DNA of 62,011 bases, filler included, from a bacterium (GTDB lineage: Bacteria > JALSQH01): NCBI GenBank assembly GCA_026985515.1. It is 3 parts of 3 records of this genome, joined end to end, with 100 filler letters (N's around TTAATTAATTAA, not from the genome) between each part and the next. Parts side by side here need not be neighbours in the genome. Positions count along the whole stretch, not along the records: positions 27,309 to 54,434 come from JALSQH010000222.1; 2 more parts are not named here. One strand, given 5' to 3'. Below the pieces are notes generated by a model. It made no database searches, was not told where the DNA came from, and saw only the letters and a program-made list of their open reading frames with translations. Both the position numbers and the translations under genes were made by a program. Of this stretch, positions 38,211 through 47,135 are shown in pieces. The stretch's first letter is position 1; every line of letters starts with the position of its first letter.

Positions 38211-39710
38211 TTGTCGGAGTATAAAAAGCAATTGATAAGTACGGAAGCAAAGGTGGGATTCTTTTCATTAATTATCCTTGTAATACTTATCTTCGTTTCC
38301 ATAAAACTGACGGGGTGGAAATGGGGAGAGAGGAAGGGATACTATCTATATGCCTTTTTTGATAATGTTGAAGGACTCTCAAGAGAATCGCCTGTTGTGA
38401 TAGCTGGTATAAAAATTGGAAAAGTGGTGGATATTTCTCTCGTAAATGACAGAGCAAAGGTGAAGATTAAGATTTTTGATAAAAATAGAGTGACCTCCGA
38501 TGCTCAGGCAATAATCAGAACGAGAGGGATACTTGGGGAAAAGTACATAGAGATAAAAAACGGCAGTTCTGCAGTTTTCCTTGAAAATGGCGACACAATT
38601 AAGAAAACCCTGAGTCCGCCCGATTTTGAGAAAATGATCAACGAGATGAGTGTTATAACAGTAAAGCTTGAGGAAATTGTGAGTTCTCTGTCCGGGGTCC
38701 TGGGTGGGAAGGAGAATAAGCAGAAACTCTCAGAGATCGTTGAAAATATAAGAGTTTCTACTGAGGAATTTAAAACCACAATAGCTGACCTGAAAGCTAA
38801 AGTGGACTACCTCTATTCTGGTCTGAGGCCTTCAATAAAAAACATCAGGGCTGTTACCGGTATTCTGAAAGAAAGCCTTCCCGGTATGGTGGAAAAATAT
38901 AATAACATGATGAAACAGTTGGGGGAGGTTGTTGAGAATAGCAGTAAAAATATTGATTCTTCCATCAAGCAGCTAAAAGAAGCTATGAATGAATTTGCTC
39001 CGGCACTCGAAGACTTGAGGAATATTTTGAAAAAGATGAGAGAAGGGAAGGGGACTATTGGAAAACTTCTTACTGATGAAACTACAATCACAAAGCTTAA
39101 CAGTTCCATAGATAAGGTTGATAAGTTATTGAAAAAGGTGGAGGATATTCAGGTAAAGATAGATTACCAGGGTGAGTATCAGATCAAAAGGGATGAAGGA
39201 TGGAAGAGTTATTTAAACTTTGAGATTTATCCAGATAGGAGCAAAAGTTACATTTTTGGAATTGTCAATGACCCGGTTGGGAGAGAAACATGGAGGGAGG
39301 AGGAAATAGTAACCGTTAGCGGTAACCAAACCACCAGAAGAGTGGTTAAAGAAAAAGTGAGAGAGGACAAACTGAAAGTAAATATCGAGTATGCAAGGCA
39401 CTTTGGTGATTTCACTGTGAGGGGTGGAATAATACAGAATTCTGGTGGAGTAGGTTTTGATTACACCTTTCTGAATAATCATGCCATGATGAGCCTGGAA
39501 GGATTTGATTTCGGCAGGAAAACCAATCCATATCTGCGTTTCAGACTTGCCATCTGGCCATGGAAATACTTTTACATAGTGGGAGGAAGCAGCGATTTTA
39601 TCAACTATCAGGCCAGTCCAATTTATTTTCTTGGAGCGGGTATTAACTTTACCGATAGTGATCTCAAGTATATTTTCTCTTTTGTTCCATCAGTGGGAGT
39701 TTCAAAATGA
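38211..39710 (+). CDS. mlaD: Long MlaD/MCE protein with helical stalk and beta-rich C-terminal domain
   Basis: N-terminal TM, MCE motif (GL....V..AGIKIGKV, GILGEKYIEI), GKGTIGKLL, and a C-terminal amphipathic beta region. Confidence 0.85.
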   Translation: MSEYKKQLISTEAKVGFFSLIILVILIFVSIKLTGWKWGERKGYYLYAFFDNVEGLSRESPVVIAGIKIGKVVDISLVNDRAKVKIKIFDKNRVTSDAQAIIRTRGILGEKYIEIKNGSSAVFLENGDTIKKTLSPPDFEKMINEMSVITVKLEEIVSSLSGVLGGKENKQKLSEIVENIRVSTEEFKTTIADLKAKVDYLYSGLRPSIKNIRAVTGILKESLPGMVEKYNNMMKQLGEVVENSSKNIDSSIKQLKEAMNEFAPALEDLRNILKKMREGKGTIGKLLTDETTITKLNSSIDKVDKLLKKVEDIQVKIDYQGEYQIKRDEGWKSYLNFEIYPDRSKSYIFGIVNDPVGRETWREEEIVTVSGNQTTRRVVKEKVREDKLKVNIEYARHFGDFTVRGGIIQNSGGVGFDYTFLNNHAMMSLEGFDFGRKTNPYLRFRLAIWPWKYFYIVGGSSDFINYQASPIYFLGAGINFTDSDLKYIFSFVPSVGVSK

Positions 39711-41251
39711 TAGAGATTATTGTTAATGGAAAGAGGTATTCCTTTCCAGAAGGAAGGTGGAGTCTGGCAGATCTCCTCTGGAGTGCAGGGTATGAGATCC
39801 CTCTTCCCTGTGCAGGTCTTGGAAACTGTGGAAAGTGCCAGATAAAAGTCAGGGGTGATGTTGAAATCCTTGACAGCGATAGAAAACTGATTCCTCCTCA
39901 CAGACTTTCTGAGGGATATCTTCTTGCATGCAGGGTGAGGAAATTAAGGGGAAGCGTGGAGGTTGAACTGCCTAATGTGGAGAGGAGAAAGAAGATAGAA
40001 ATTGAGGAGGTGAAGGTAGAGAGGGTGAATGCCGGTGTTGATCTGGGTACCACCTCCATTGTGGTGAATTTCTCCCCTGTTGAAAGGGGGCGTGTTTTTT
40101 ACTCCTCTTCCTCCCTGAATCCCCAGACAAGGTATGGTGCTGATGTAATAAGCAGAGTTACGTATATAGGTGGTGATAACAGCAGATTGCAGAAGATGAG
40201 ACAGGGGGTGGTGGAGTATTTAAACGGTGAGATAGAAAGTGTCAGAGAAGATATTGGTTTCAAAAAGGTTGAACTTGTGGGAGTGGCGGGAAATTCAATA
40301 ATGGAGCATATTTTTCTTAACCTGGATCCCTCTCCCCTTACCAGATTTCCCTTCACCCTTTCCTTTAAAGATGGAGTTTTTAAAAGAGGTGAAGAACTGG
40401 GCATAAGTGCTGAAAAAGTGTTCATTTTCCCACTTGTTGGAGCCTATGTAGGGGGAGACACAGTTGCATTACTGATGGATCTGGAGCCCTTAAAGAAGCC
40501 TGCCAGGCGAGTCATTGTTGATATTGGTACCAATGGGGAGATTGTTGTTCAGAATGGTGAAAATTTATTCGCAACCGCGGCAGCTGCCGGTCCAGCCTTT
40601 GAGGGAGGAAATATAACCTTTGGAATGAGAGCAGAAAATGGTGCAATTGAACGTTTCTGGATGGAAGATGATCGTTTGAAATACAGGACAATTGGGAATC
40701 TACCTCCAGAAGGAATATGTGGATCTGGACTGATGGATCTCATAGCGGTTCTGACAGAAGAGGGAGTGGTGGATGAAAATGGAGCAATCAGGGATCCCAT
40801 GGAAATAGATTCTCCCCTTTTTAGCAGAGTGAAAGAAAAAAATGGTGAGAGAATTTTCCTCGTTTACAGAGATGTAAAAAGAGAAATTTATGTAACCCAG
40901 AAAGATATAAGAGAATTCCAGCTGGCAAAGGGAGCCATAAGAGCAGGTATGGAAGTCTTGTTGAAAAAAGCGGAACTGAGCTGGCAGGATATTGATGAAG
41001 TGATAATTGCCGGTGCATTTGGCAGTTATCTTATGCCTGATAGCCTTATCAGTGTGGGGATGTTTCCGGAGGATGTGAGGAATAGAATCGTATTTACAGG
41101 TGATGCTGTTATAAGGGGTGTCAATAAAGTACTTGGCAGGGATTTATTTGATGAAGCAAACAGAATGGCCAGGAAAGTTAAATATGTGGAACTATCTCTT
41201 GAAGAGGGTTTTCAGGAAATATTTCTCTCTTCACTCTCTTTCAGGAGGTGA
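39707..41251 (+). CDS. RACo/DUF4445 ASKHA ATPase with N-terminal [2Fe-2S] domain (reductive activator of corrinoid proteins)
   Basis: CAGLGNCGKC...LAC, DLGTT, NPQ.RYGADVISR, DIGTNGE, AGPAFEG, GICGSG, AGAFG. Confidence 0.9.
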   Translation: MIEIIVNGKRYSFPEGRWSLADLLWSAGYEIPLPCAGLGNCGKCQIKVRGDVEILDSDRKLIPPHRLSEGYLLACRVRKLRGSVEVELPNVERRKKIEIEEVKVERVNAGVDLGTTSIVVNFSPVERGRVFYSSSSLNPQTRYGADVISRVTYIGGDNSRLQKMRQGVVEYLNGEIESVREDIGFKKVELVGVAGNSIMEHIFLNLDPSPLTRFPFTLSFKDGVFKRGEELGISAEKVFIFPLVGAYVGGDTVALLMDLEPLKKPARRVIVDIGTNGEIVVQNGENLFATAAAAGPAFEGGNITFGMRAENGAIERFWMEDDRLKYRTIGNLPPEGICGSGLMDLIAVLTEEGVVDENGAIRDPMEIDSPLFSRVKEKNGERIFLVYRDVKREIYVTQKDIREFQLAKGAIRAGMEVLLKKAELSWQDIDEVIIAGAFGSYLMPDSLISVGMFPEDVRNRIVFTGDAVIRGVNKVLGRDLFDEANRMARKVKYVELSLEEGFQEIFLSSLSFRR

Positions 41252-41695
41252 ATGGTGATAGTTTTGCTTCAGAGAGTTGAAAGATGCAGTGTTGAGGTGG
41301 ATGGAGAAATTGTGGGGAAGATCGGAAGAGGTCTGTGTATCTTCCTGGGCATAAAAAAAGGAGACAGCGAGAATGAAGCAGACTGGCTTGTTGAAAAAGT
41401 GTCAAATCTGAGGATCTTTGAAGATGATCAGGGTAAGATGAATCTGAGTGTTAAAGATATTGGGGGAGAAATACTTGTGGTTTCTCAATTCACCCTTTAT
41501 GGCAACTGCAGGAAGGGAAGACGCCCTTCCTTTGACAAAGCTGCCCCGCCTGAAGAGGCAGAACCACTTTATAACTATTTCGTGGAGAAATTGAGAGATA
41601 AAGGGTTCAGGGTAGAGACAGGAATATTCAGGGCTGAAATGAAGGTTGACATTCTAAATGATGGTCCAGTAACCTTTATAATTGAATATCCCTGA
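41252..41695 (+). CDS. dtd: D-aminoacyl-tRNA deacylase
   Basis: QRV, VSQFTL, GRRPSF, NDGPVT. Confidence 0.96.
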   Translation: MVIVLLQRVERCSVEVDGEIVGKIGRGLCIFLGIKKGDSENEADWLVEKVSNLRIFEDDQGKMNLSVKDIGGEILVVSQFTLYGNCRKGRRPSFDKAAPPEEAEPLYNYFVEKLRDKGFRVETGIFRAEMKVDILNDGPVTFIIEYP

Positions 41696-41713
41696 TGCTA
41701 CAGGGAGAAGGAC

Positions 41714-43225
41714 GTGGATATCTACAACGTATTTCTTGACAGAGATTTCAGAATACTCAGCATAGGTTCCTTTCTAATTGAGAAGTTAAGGTACAGGGAG
41801 GAACATCTCAAAAACAGATCCTTTTTTGAAATTGTATTCCCGATGGACAGAGATAGTTTCAGAGAGTTTCTCACCCAGTCAAAATCCGGGTGTATCTGCT
41901 CTGTGAGACTGGTTGACAGGACGGATCGAATTGTATACGCCAGAGTAAAGTATCACTCAGATGAGAAGGGGTACTATCTCAAGGTTGAAATCATACCTTC
42001 TCCACTTGAAGAGGTTGATGATCTGAAATGGCAGCTTGAGATTCACCAGAAGGGGCTTGAAATGATAGGAGCCGGCTTAATTTTCACAGATATTCATGGT
42101 ACCATTCTCTATGTGAGCAGATCAGCTGAAAGGTTGCTGAAACTTGTTTCCAGGAACATCATTGGTAAAAACATCAACGAATTTATATCCTCAGACAACA
42201 TTGAATTCATAACATCAGGAGATGATGAAATAAGGGAAGTAAAATTTCACTATCGTGGAAAAACCATATACCTCGGGTATCACAGCGATTATGTTAGCAG
42301 TACAGATGGAAGAATTGCGGGATATCTTATAGCATTTATGGAAATTTCTGACCTCAAGAGGCTTGAAAAGGAGCAGGCAAGGATAGACAAACTTGCTTCG
42401 CTTGGAATTCTGGCATCGGGGATTGCCCATGAAATAAGGAATCCCCTTGCAGGAATAAAGGCAATGGCCCAGACTATTCAGAGTGAACTCTCTGAAAGTG
42501 ATCCAAACAGAAAGTATGTGGACAGAATAATTAATCAGGTCAATCGCCTTGATAAAATACTTAAGGCTTTTTTTGCCTATGCCAGACCAAAGGTACCCTT
42601 TCGTACAGAGGTGAATTTTAAAGAAGTTGTAGGAGATATTGATTTGATGTTGAGGCACCAGTGTGAGAAGAAGGGTGTGAAGTTGAAGATAAGAGTTCCT
42701 TCAGATTTACCCGATCTCATTGTTGACAGAGATCAGCTGCAGCAGATTCTCATCAATCTCGTCCTGAACGCCATAGATGCTGTGGAAGAAGGCAGAGGCG
42801 TTATTGAAATAATTGCAGCCAAAAGCAAGAAAGTACCGGGTACAGCTTCTGGCAACAGAAGTTGCAGGAGAAAAGATGTATGTGGTGTCGAAATTATGGT
42901 GAAGGATAATGGTTCAGGTATCGATCCAGGGATCATGGATAAAATATTTGATCCATTTTTTACCACTAAATCAAAGGGAACCGGTCTGGGATTATCCATA
43001 GTACATCAACTTGTCACTGAAAATTGTGGCGAAATTTCAGTGGAATCTGAACCCGGGAAAGGTACAACATTCCATCTTTTCTTTCAGAGTCGCTGGACAA
43101 AATGTCAAAATAGCCTTTTATGTAAGTGTTTGAATTTTAAGCATAAATTCCCCGCATCCTGGCACAAAATTTGCAGCAAAATCGCAAAAGGAGGTGTATT
43201 ATGGAGGAAACAAGGAATATTTTGA
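41714..43225 (+). CDS. Cytoplasmic PAS-domain sensor histidine kinase (NtrB-like)
   Basis: No TM; PAS-like N-terminus. H-box AHEIRNPL, N-box NLVLNA, DNGSGI, FDPFFTTK, GTGLGL. The ~46-aa tail after the final strand is atypical. Confidence 0.9.
   Translation: MDIYNVFLDRDFRILSIGSFLIEKLRYREEHLKNRSFFEIVFPMDRDSFREFLTQSKSGCICSVRLVDRTDRIVYARVKYHSDEKGYYLKVEIIPSPLEEVDDLKWQLEIHQKGLEMIGAGLIFTDIHGTILYVSRSAERLLKLVSRNIIGKNINEFISSDNIEFITSGDDEIREVKFHYRGKTIYLGYHSDYVSSTDGRIAGYLIAFMEISDLKRLEKEQARIDKLASLGILASGIAHEIRNPLAGIKAMAQTIQSELSESDPNRKYVDRIINQVNRLDKILKAFFAYARPKVPFRTEVNFKEVVGDIDLMLRHQCEKKGVKLKIRVPSDLPDLIVDRDQLQQILINLVLNAIDAVEEGRGVIEIIAAKSKKVPGTASGNRSCRRKDVCGVEIMVKDNGSGIDPGIMDKIFDPFFTTKSKGTGLGLSIVHQLVTENCGEISVESEPGKGTTFHLFFQSRWTKCQNSLLCKCLNFKHKFPASWHKICSKIAKGGVLWRKQGIF
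43160..43175 (+). promoter_or_regulatory. Sigma54 (-24/-12) promoter
   Basis: TGGCAC-AAAAT-TTGCA, an exact consensus, 25 nt before ATG 43201. IHF-like site at 43123-43135 (minus strand ATTCAA-ACAC-TTA). Confidence 0.75.
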
Positions 43226-43557
43226 AGGAGTTTTTGAAAGTTGAGGGTGTAATTGTAGCCGCCCTTGTGAGTTTTGATGGTTTTCTTATTGATGGAGTTG
43301 GTCCTCAGGGAGTTGATCTGGAGGATATGGCAGTTGCTGCATCCACCGGATATGGGCTTGGAAAGAGGCTTGGCGAGAATATTCAGGGGGGAGACATTAA
43401 GCAGATAATGCTGGAGTATGAGAAGAGATCAGTTATTGTTGCCAAGGTACCTTTTGTTGATGTTATTCTTTTCCTTGTAAGTGAGGAGGGTGCGAATCTT
43501 GGAGCCATCAGATACAGCATAAAGAAACATGCAGGAGAATTGAGTAAGGTACTTTAA
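43201..43557 (+). CDS. Roadblock/LC7 (MglB-like) protein
   Basis: VEGVIVAALVSFDGFLI...QIMLEYEK...ANLGAIRY; SD AGGAGG. Confidence 0.88.
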   Translation: MEETRNILKEFLKVEGVIVAALVSFDGFLIDGVGPQGVDLEDMAVAASTGYGLGKRLGENIQGGDIKQIMLEYEKRSVIVAKVPFVDVILFLVSEEGANLGAIRYSIKKHAGELSKVL

Positions 43558-43578
43558 ATTTTAATCAGGAGGTAAAAG

Positions 43579-44085
43579 ATGGCTTTTGAAGATGTCGTCA
43601 TAGAAAGAAATCTGAATAAATGGAATGTACTTGTTGCTTCTTTGATCGCAGGTTTTGATAAACTTGGGGTTCTCAGTCAGGCAGTTGTAAATAAAGATAT
43701 GGAAGTTGTGGCTGACAAACTGGCACGATTTTTTAAAGTAAAGGGAAATGTGCCACAGGTTGATTCTTCATCATCGTTTGAAGAAAACATGAAGAGGATT
43801 ATTGAATTCATAGATAGAGAGCTTGAACTTGCAGGTGAGAGTTCCGTTACATTGGAAGGGGAAAATGTAACGTTTGAGGTTGTGGGTAATACCTGCCATT
43901 TCTGTCCAAAAGGGGTTGGAGAGGCTGAATTACCTGGTACAGCGTGTCCATATCCATCTCTTTTGATGAATTTTGCGAATAAATTTCTGCCGGAAGATCA
44001 GCAGGTGGAGGTGGTACTTCAGGACAGAAACTATTTGAAAAAAGAAGGTGGAAAGTGTAGAATAATTTTCAGAAGGAAAAGCTAA
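43579..44085 (+). CDS. V4R-like small protein with four Cys (CxxC, CP, C-terminal C)
   Basis: Helical N-half, then NTCHFCPKG...TACPYP...GGKCRIIF, a pattern typical of V4R/HNOB-like folds; SD AGGAGG. Confidence 0.6.
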   Translation: MAFEDVVIERNLNKWNVLVASLIAGFDKLGVLSQAVVNKDMEVVADKLARFFKVKGNVPQVDSSSSFEENMKRIIEFIDRELELAGESSVTLEGENVTFEVVGNTCHFCPKGVGEAELPGTACPYPSLLMNFANKFLPEDQQVEVVLQDRNYLKKEGGKCRIIFRRKS

Positions 44086-44100
44086 AAGGGGCAGAAACAG

Positions 44101-45174
44101 ATGTCAGGAAAGAGGGTTCTCGTTGTGGATGATGAAGAGGATATACTTGTACCCACAACAAATTTTTTGAAGAAGAAATTGAAAAATACAGAGGTTCTGT
44201 CAGCCTTTGATGGTGAAGAGGCTTTAAAAATTGTAAGTGAAAGACCTGCGGATGTTGTTGTTACAGATATAAGAATGCCCAAGCTTGATGGACTGGAGTT
44301 TATGGTAAGGGCAAAACAGAAAAATCCTTCTACAAGATTCATAGTTATGACTGCCTATGGTTCACCCTCAGTGAGAGAAAAGGCAACCCGGCTTGGGGCG
44401 GTACACTACATTGAAAAGCCCTTTGAACTGGACGACCTCTACGAAAAAGTAAAGCAACTTCTTGAATTTGGAGATGGTTTCCAGGGAAGTGTAGCTCAGC
44501 TTGAGTTAACAGATATTGTTCAGGTTGTATGTCTTGGTAAAAAGTCAGTGACAATAGAGGTAAAAAGCGGTGTTAATACGGGATATATTTATGTACTGGA
44601 TGGGGACATAATCAATGCAAAAACGGGCAATCTGGAGGGTGAAGAAGCTTTTTATGAAATAGTCTCCTGGAGTTCAGGGGAATTCCGTTTCCTTCCACCA
44701 GAGGAAGATGTGGAAAAGAGGATTGATATGAGATGGGAAAATCTTCTCATGGAGGCAATGAGAATAATAGATGAGAGGAGGAGAGAAAGGGAAAAATCAG
44801 AGGAAGCGGAGTTTGAGATTGATTTTAACACCTTTTTTGCCCGGTTGAAGGAGAGGGTTGATGGTGTTGTTTCTTCCGGGATTATTGATCTCTCCTCCGG
44901 TAAGTTAATAGCAGAGGATGAGGTAAGTGTAGAGGATAAACTGGATGAGAAAGTTGAGCGATACGCAGAGTTCCTGCTTTTCACCAAAAATTTGATAGAT
45001 GAACTGGAAAAAAGTGACCTCAGGGAAATATTTCTGGTTCTTGAGAAAGTGGCAATAGCCTTTTATAAAATAGGCGAGCGTTTTGTATGGGGGATTAAGA
45101 TAGAAGATAAGGACAATCTGGGGAAGCTCAAAATTGTGGTGGAGAAGATTCTGAGGGAGGCTGGAAAAGAATGA
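44101..45174 (+). CDS. Response regulator: REC + DUF4388/PATAN + C-terminal Roadblock-like domain
   Basis: VLVVDDE, TDIRMP, MTAYG, KPF; then GFQGSV..LELTDIVQ...GEEAFYEIVSWSSGEFRF...LLMEAMRIIDE; C-terminal VDGVVSSGIID...NLGKLK. Confidence 0.88.
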   Translation: MSGKRVLVVDDEEDILVPTTNFLKKKLKNTEVLSAFDGEEALKIVSERPADVVVTDIRMPKLDGLEFMVRAKQKNPSTRFIVMTAYGSPSVREKATRLGAVHYIEKPFELDDLYEKVKQLLEFGDGFQGSVAQLELTDIVQVVCLGKKSVTIEVKSGVNTGYIYVLDGDIINAKTGNLEGEEAFYEIVSWSSGEFRFLPPEEDVEKRIDMRWENLLMEAMRIIDERRREREKSEEAEFEIDFNTFFARLKERVDGVVSSGIIDLSSGKLIAEDEVSVEDKLDEKVERYAEFLLFTKNLIDELEKSDLREIFLVLEKVAIAFYKIGERFVWGIKIEDKDNLGKLKIVVEKILREAGKE

Positions 45175-45345
45175 TTATTCTTCGTCAGAATCTTCAGTTG
45201 AGAAAGGTGAATTGCTACCTGCAGGTTTGTTCATTTTCCCCCTTTTTTCGACCTTCTGTCCCTCCGTTAAGCGTGACTCCGTGGTAGGAGCGGGCCCGCC
45301 CAGTTTGTATTGCTTACTCTTTTTATCGATTATTATTCCCGGCAT
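45175..45345 (-). CDS. Possible small protein (56 aa), absent from the ORF track
   Basis: MPGIIIDKKSKQYKLGGPAPTTESRLTEGQKVEKRGKMNKPAGSNSPFSTEDSDEE*. Its stop abuts the regulator's stop; no SD. Confidence 0.35.
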   Translation of the reverse strand: MPGIIIDKKSKQYKLGGPAPTTESRLTEGQKVEKRGKMNKPAGSNSPFSTEDSDEE

Positions 45346-45433
45346 CTGCAAGTCTCAGGCATGTTTGTCTGATTGTTTATCTTTTTCCTTGTCTCGTTTC
45401 TCAAAATGAAATATACTTATTCGTGAAAGGAGG

Positions 45434-45973
45434 GTGGAAAAGATGAGGGTAACAATTTCACTGGTCCTTGCACTTTTAATTCCCGAATTAATTTTTGCAG
45501 GGGGGAAGAAGATGGAGATAAGGAGCAGTGTATTTAAGAATGGAGGTACCATTCCTGTGAAGTACACCTGTGACGGTGACGATGTGTCTCCACCCCTTTC
45601 CTGGAGTGGAGTTCCATCAGGAACTAAAAGTTTTGTGCTGATTATGGATGACCCTGATGCCCCCATGGGTACCTGGGTTCATTGGGTAATTTACAACATT
45701 CCCGCATCGGTTACATCTCTTCCAGAGGCTGTTCCACCTGATAAAAAGTTAAAGGATGGCACCCTTCAGGGTAAAAATAGCTGGGGCAGGATCGGGTATG
45801 GTGGTCCCTGTCCTCCTCCACCCACAGGAGCACATCGTTACTTTTTCAAACTCTATGCTCTGGATGCGGTGCTGAAAGCTGGTGCCGGTCTAAGTAAAGA
45901 TGAGGTGCTGAGATTAATTGAGGGTCATATTCTCGCCACAGCGGAATTGATGGGAAAGTACTCAAGAAGGTAA
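45434..45973 (+). CDS. YbhB/YbcL (PEBP/RKIP) family protein with signal peptide
   Basis: YTCDG.DVSPPLSW, DDPDAP.GTWVHW, GYGGPCPP, HRYFFKLYALD. Confidence 0.93.
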   Translation: MEKMRVTISLVLALLIPELIFAGGKKMEIRSSVFKNGGTIPVKYTCDGDDVSPPLSWSGVPSGTKSFVLIMDDPDAPMGTWVHWVIYNIPASVTSLPEAVPPDKKLKDGTLQGKNSWGRIGYGGPCPPPPTGAHRYFFKLYALDAVLKAGAGLSKDEVLRLIEGHILATAELMGKYSRR

Positions 45974-46040
45974 CTTGCTCTCCTTTTCAAAAACTGTATA
46001 TTTTACTTAAGTACGACTTTGTGGAGGATTCTTCACTTAA

Positions 46041-47135
46041 GTGAACAGAAGCAAACTGGATTCCCTAAGAAAGAAAATCAACGGCATTGATGAACAGCTG
46101 TTAAAACTCCTCAGGGAGAGGCTTTCTTTAGCCAGAGAAATAGGGAATCTTAAAAAGGAAGCGGGACTTCCACTCTTTGACCCTGCTCGTGAATCTGAAG
46201 TTATAAAGAGAATTCTTGAGATGAATCAGGGTTTCTTCCCTGAAAAGAGTCTTGAGTATATTTTCAGGGAAATAATTGCTGCATGCAGGGGATCAGAGGA
46301 GAAAGTTAAGGTTTCCTTTCTGGGACCTCCCGGGACCTTCACACACATAGCTGGTATCCGTTTTTTTGGAAATGAAGCCAACTTCATTCCCAGGGAAGAC
46401 ATAGGAGAAATTTTTGAAGATGTTTCAAAGGGGAGAAGTGATTTTGGAATTGTTCCTGTGGAAAATTCTCTTCAGGGTACTGTGACTTATGTGCTTGATC
46501 TCTTTCTGGATTTTACTCTAAAAATCTACGGTGAGATTTATCTTCAGGTTGAACATAATCTATACGCTCTGGAGGAGGATCTTTCCAGTATAAAGGTACT
46601 GTATTCTCATCCTCAGGCCATTGCACAGTGCAGAGAGTGGATTAAAAGGAATCTTCCCGGTGTAAAAATAGTGGAAACCTTCAGTACTGCTGAAGCAGCA
46701 GCCAAGGCTGCTGAAAATAAGAATTCAGCTGCCATATGTACAGATTGGGCAGGTACCATCTACGGATTGAAACTTATTGAAAAGGGAATACAGGACAACC
46801 CTGTTAATACCACCAGATTTTTTATAATCTCCCGGGAAGAATCTCCCTATCAGGAAGGAATCAGGTATAAAACTTCAATAAACATGGTTCTGAAGGATGA
46901 ACCCGGCTCTCTCTTTGATGCCCTTTCTCCCTTTGCACTTTACAAGGTCAACATGACAAAAATTGAGTCAAGACCTCTGAGAGGCAAGGAGTGGGAGTAT
47001 GTCTTCTTCATAGATATGGAGGGTCACTACAGGGAGGAAAGAGTTGCCAGAACAATTGAAGATGTAAAAAAGCATACCATTTCCCTTGAGATTCTTGGAT
47101 CATATCCATCTGGCATGGAGGTAAAAAATGCCTAA
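46041..47135 (+). CDS. pheA: Chorismate mutase/prephenate dehydratase
   Basis: CM domain LRKKINGID; LGPPGTFT, VPVENS, SHPQA.AQC, NTTRF, IESRP. Confidence 0.95.
   Translation: MNRSKLDSLRKKINGIDEQLLKLLRERLSLAREIGNLKKEAGLPLFDPARESEVIKRILEMNQGFFPEKSLEYIFREIIAACRGSEEKVKVSFLGPPGTFTHIAGIRFFGNEANFIPREDIGEIFEDVSKGRSDFGIVPVENSLQGTVTYVLDLFLDFTLKIYGEIYLQVEHNLYALEEDLSSIKVLYSHPQAIAQCREWIKRNLPGVKIVETFSTAEAAAKAAENKNSAAICTDWAGTIYGLKLIEKGIQDNPVNTTRFFIISREESPYQEGIRYKTSINMVLKDEPGSLFDALSPFALYKVNMTKIESRPLRGKEWEYVFFIDMEGHYREERVARTIEDVKKHTISLEILGSYPSGMEVKNA

Noticed and set aside
39707-39980. RACo [2Fe-2S] domain as the missing input module of the headless complex I
   Set aside because: It is the standard N-terminal domain of this family and lies on a different contig.
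45355-45357. Selenocysteine TGA
   Set aside because: No recognisable SECIS hairpin, redox motif or clear upstream start codon.
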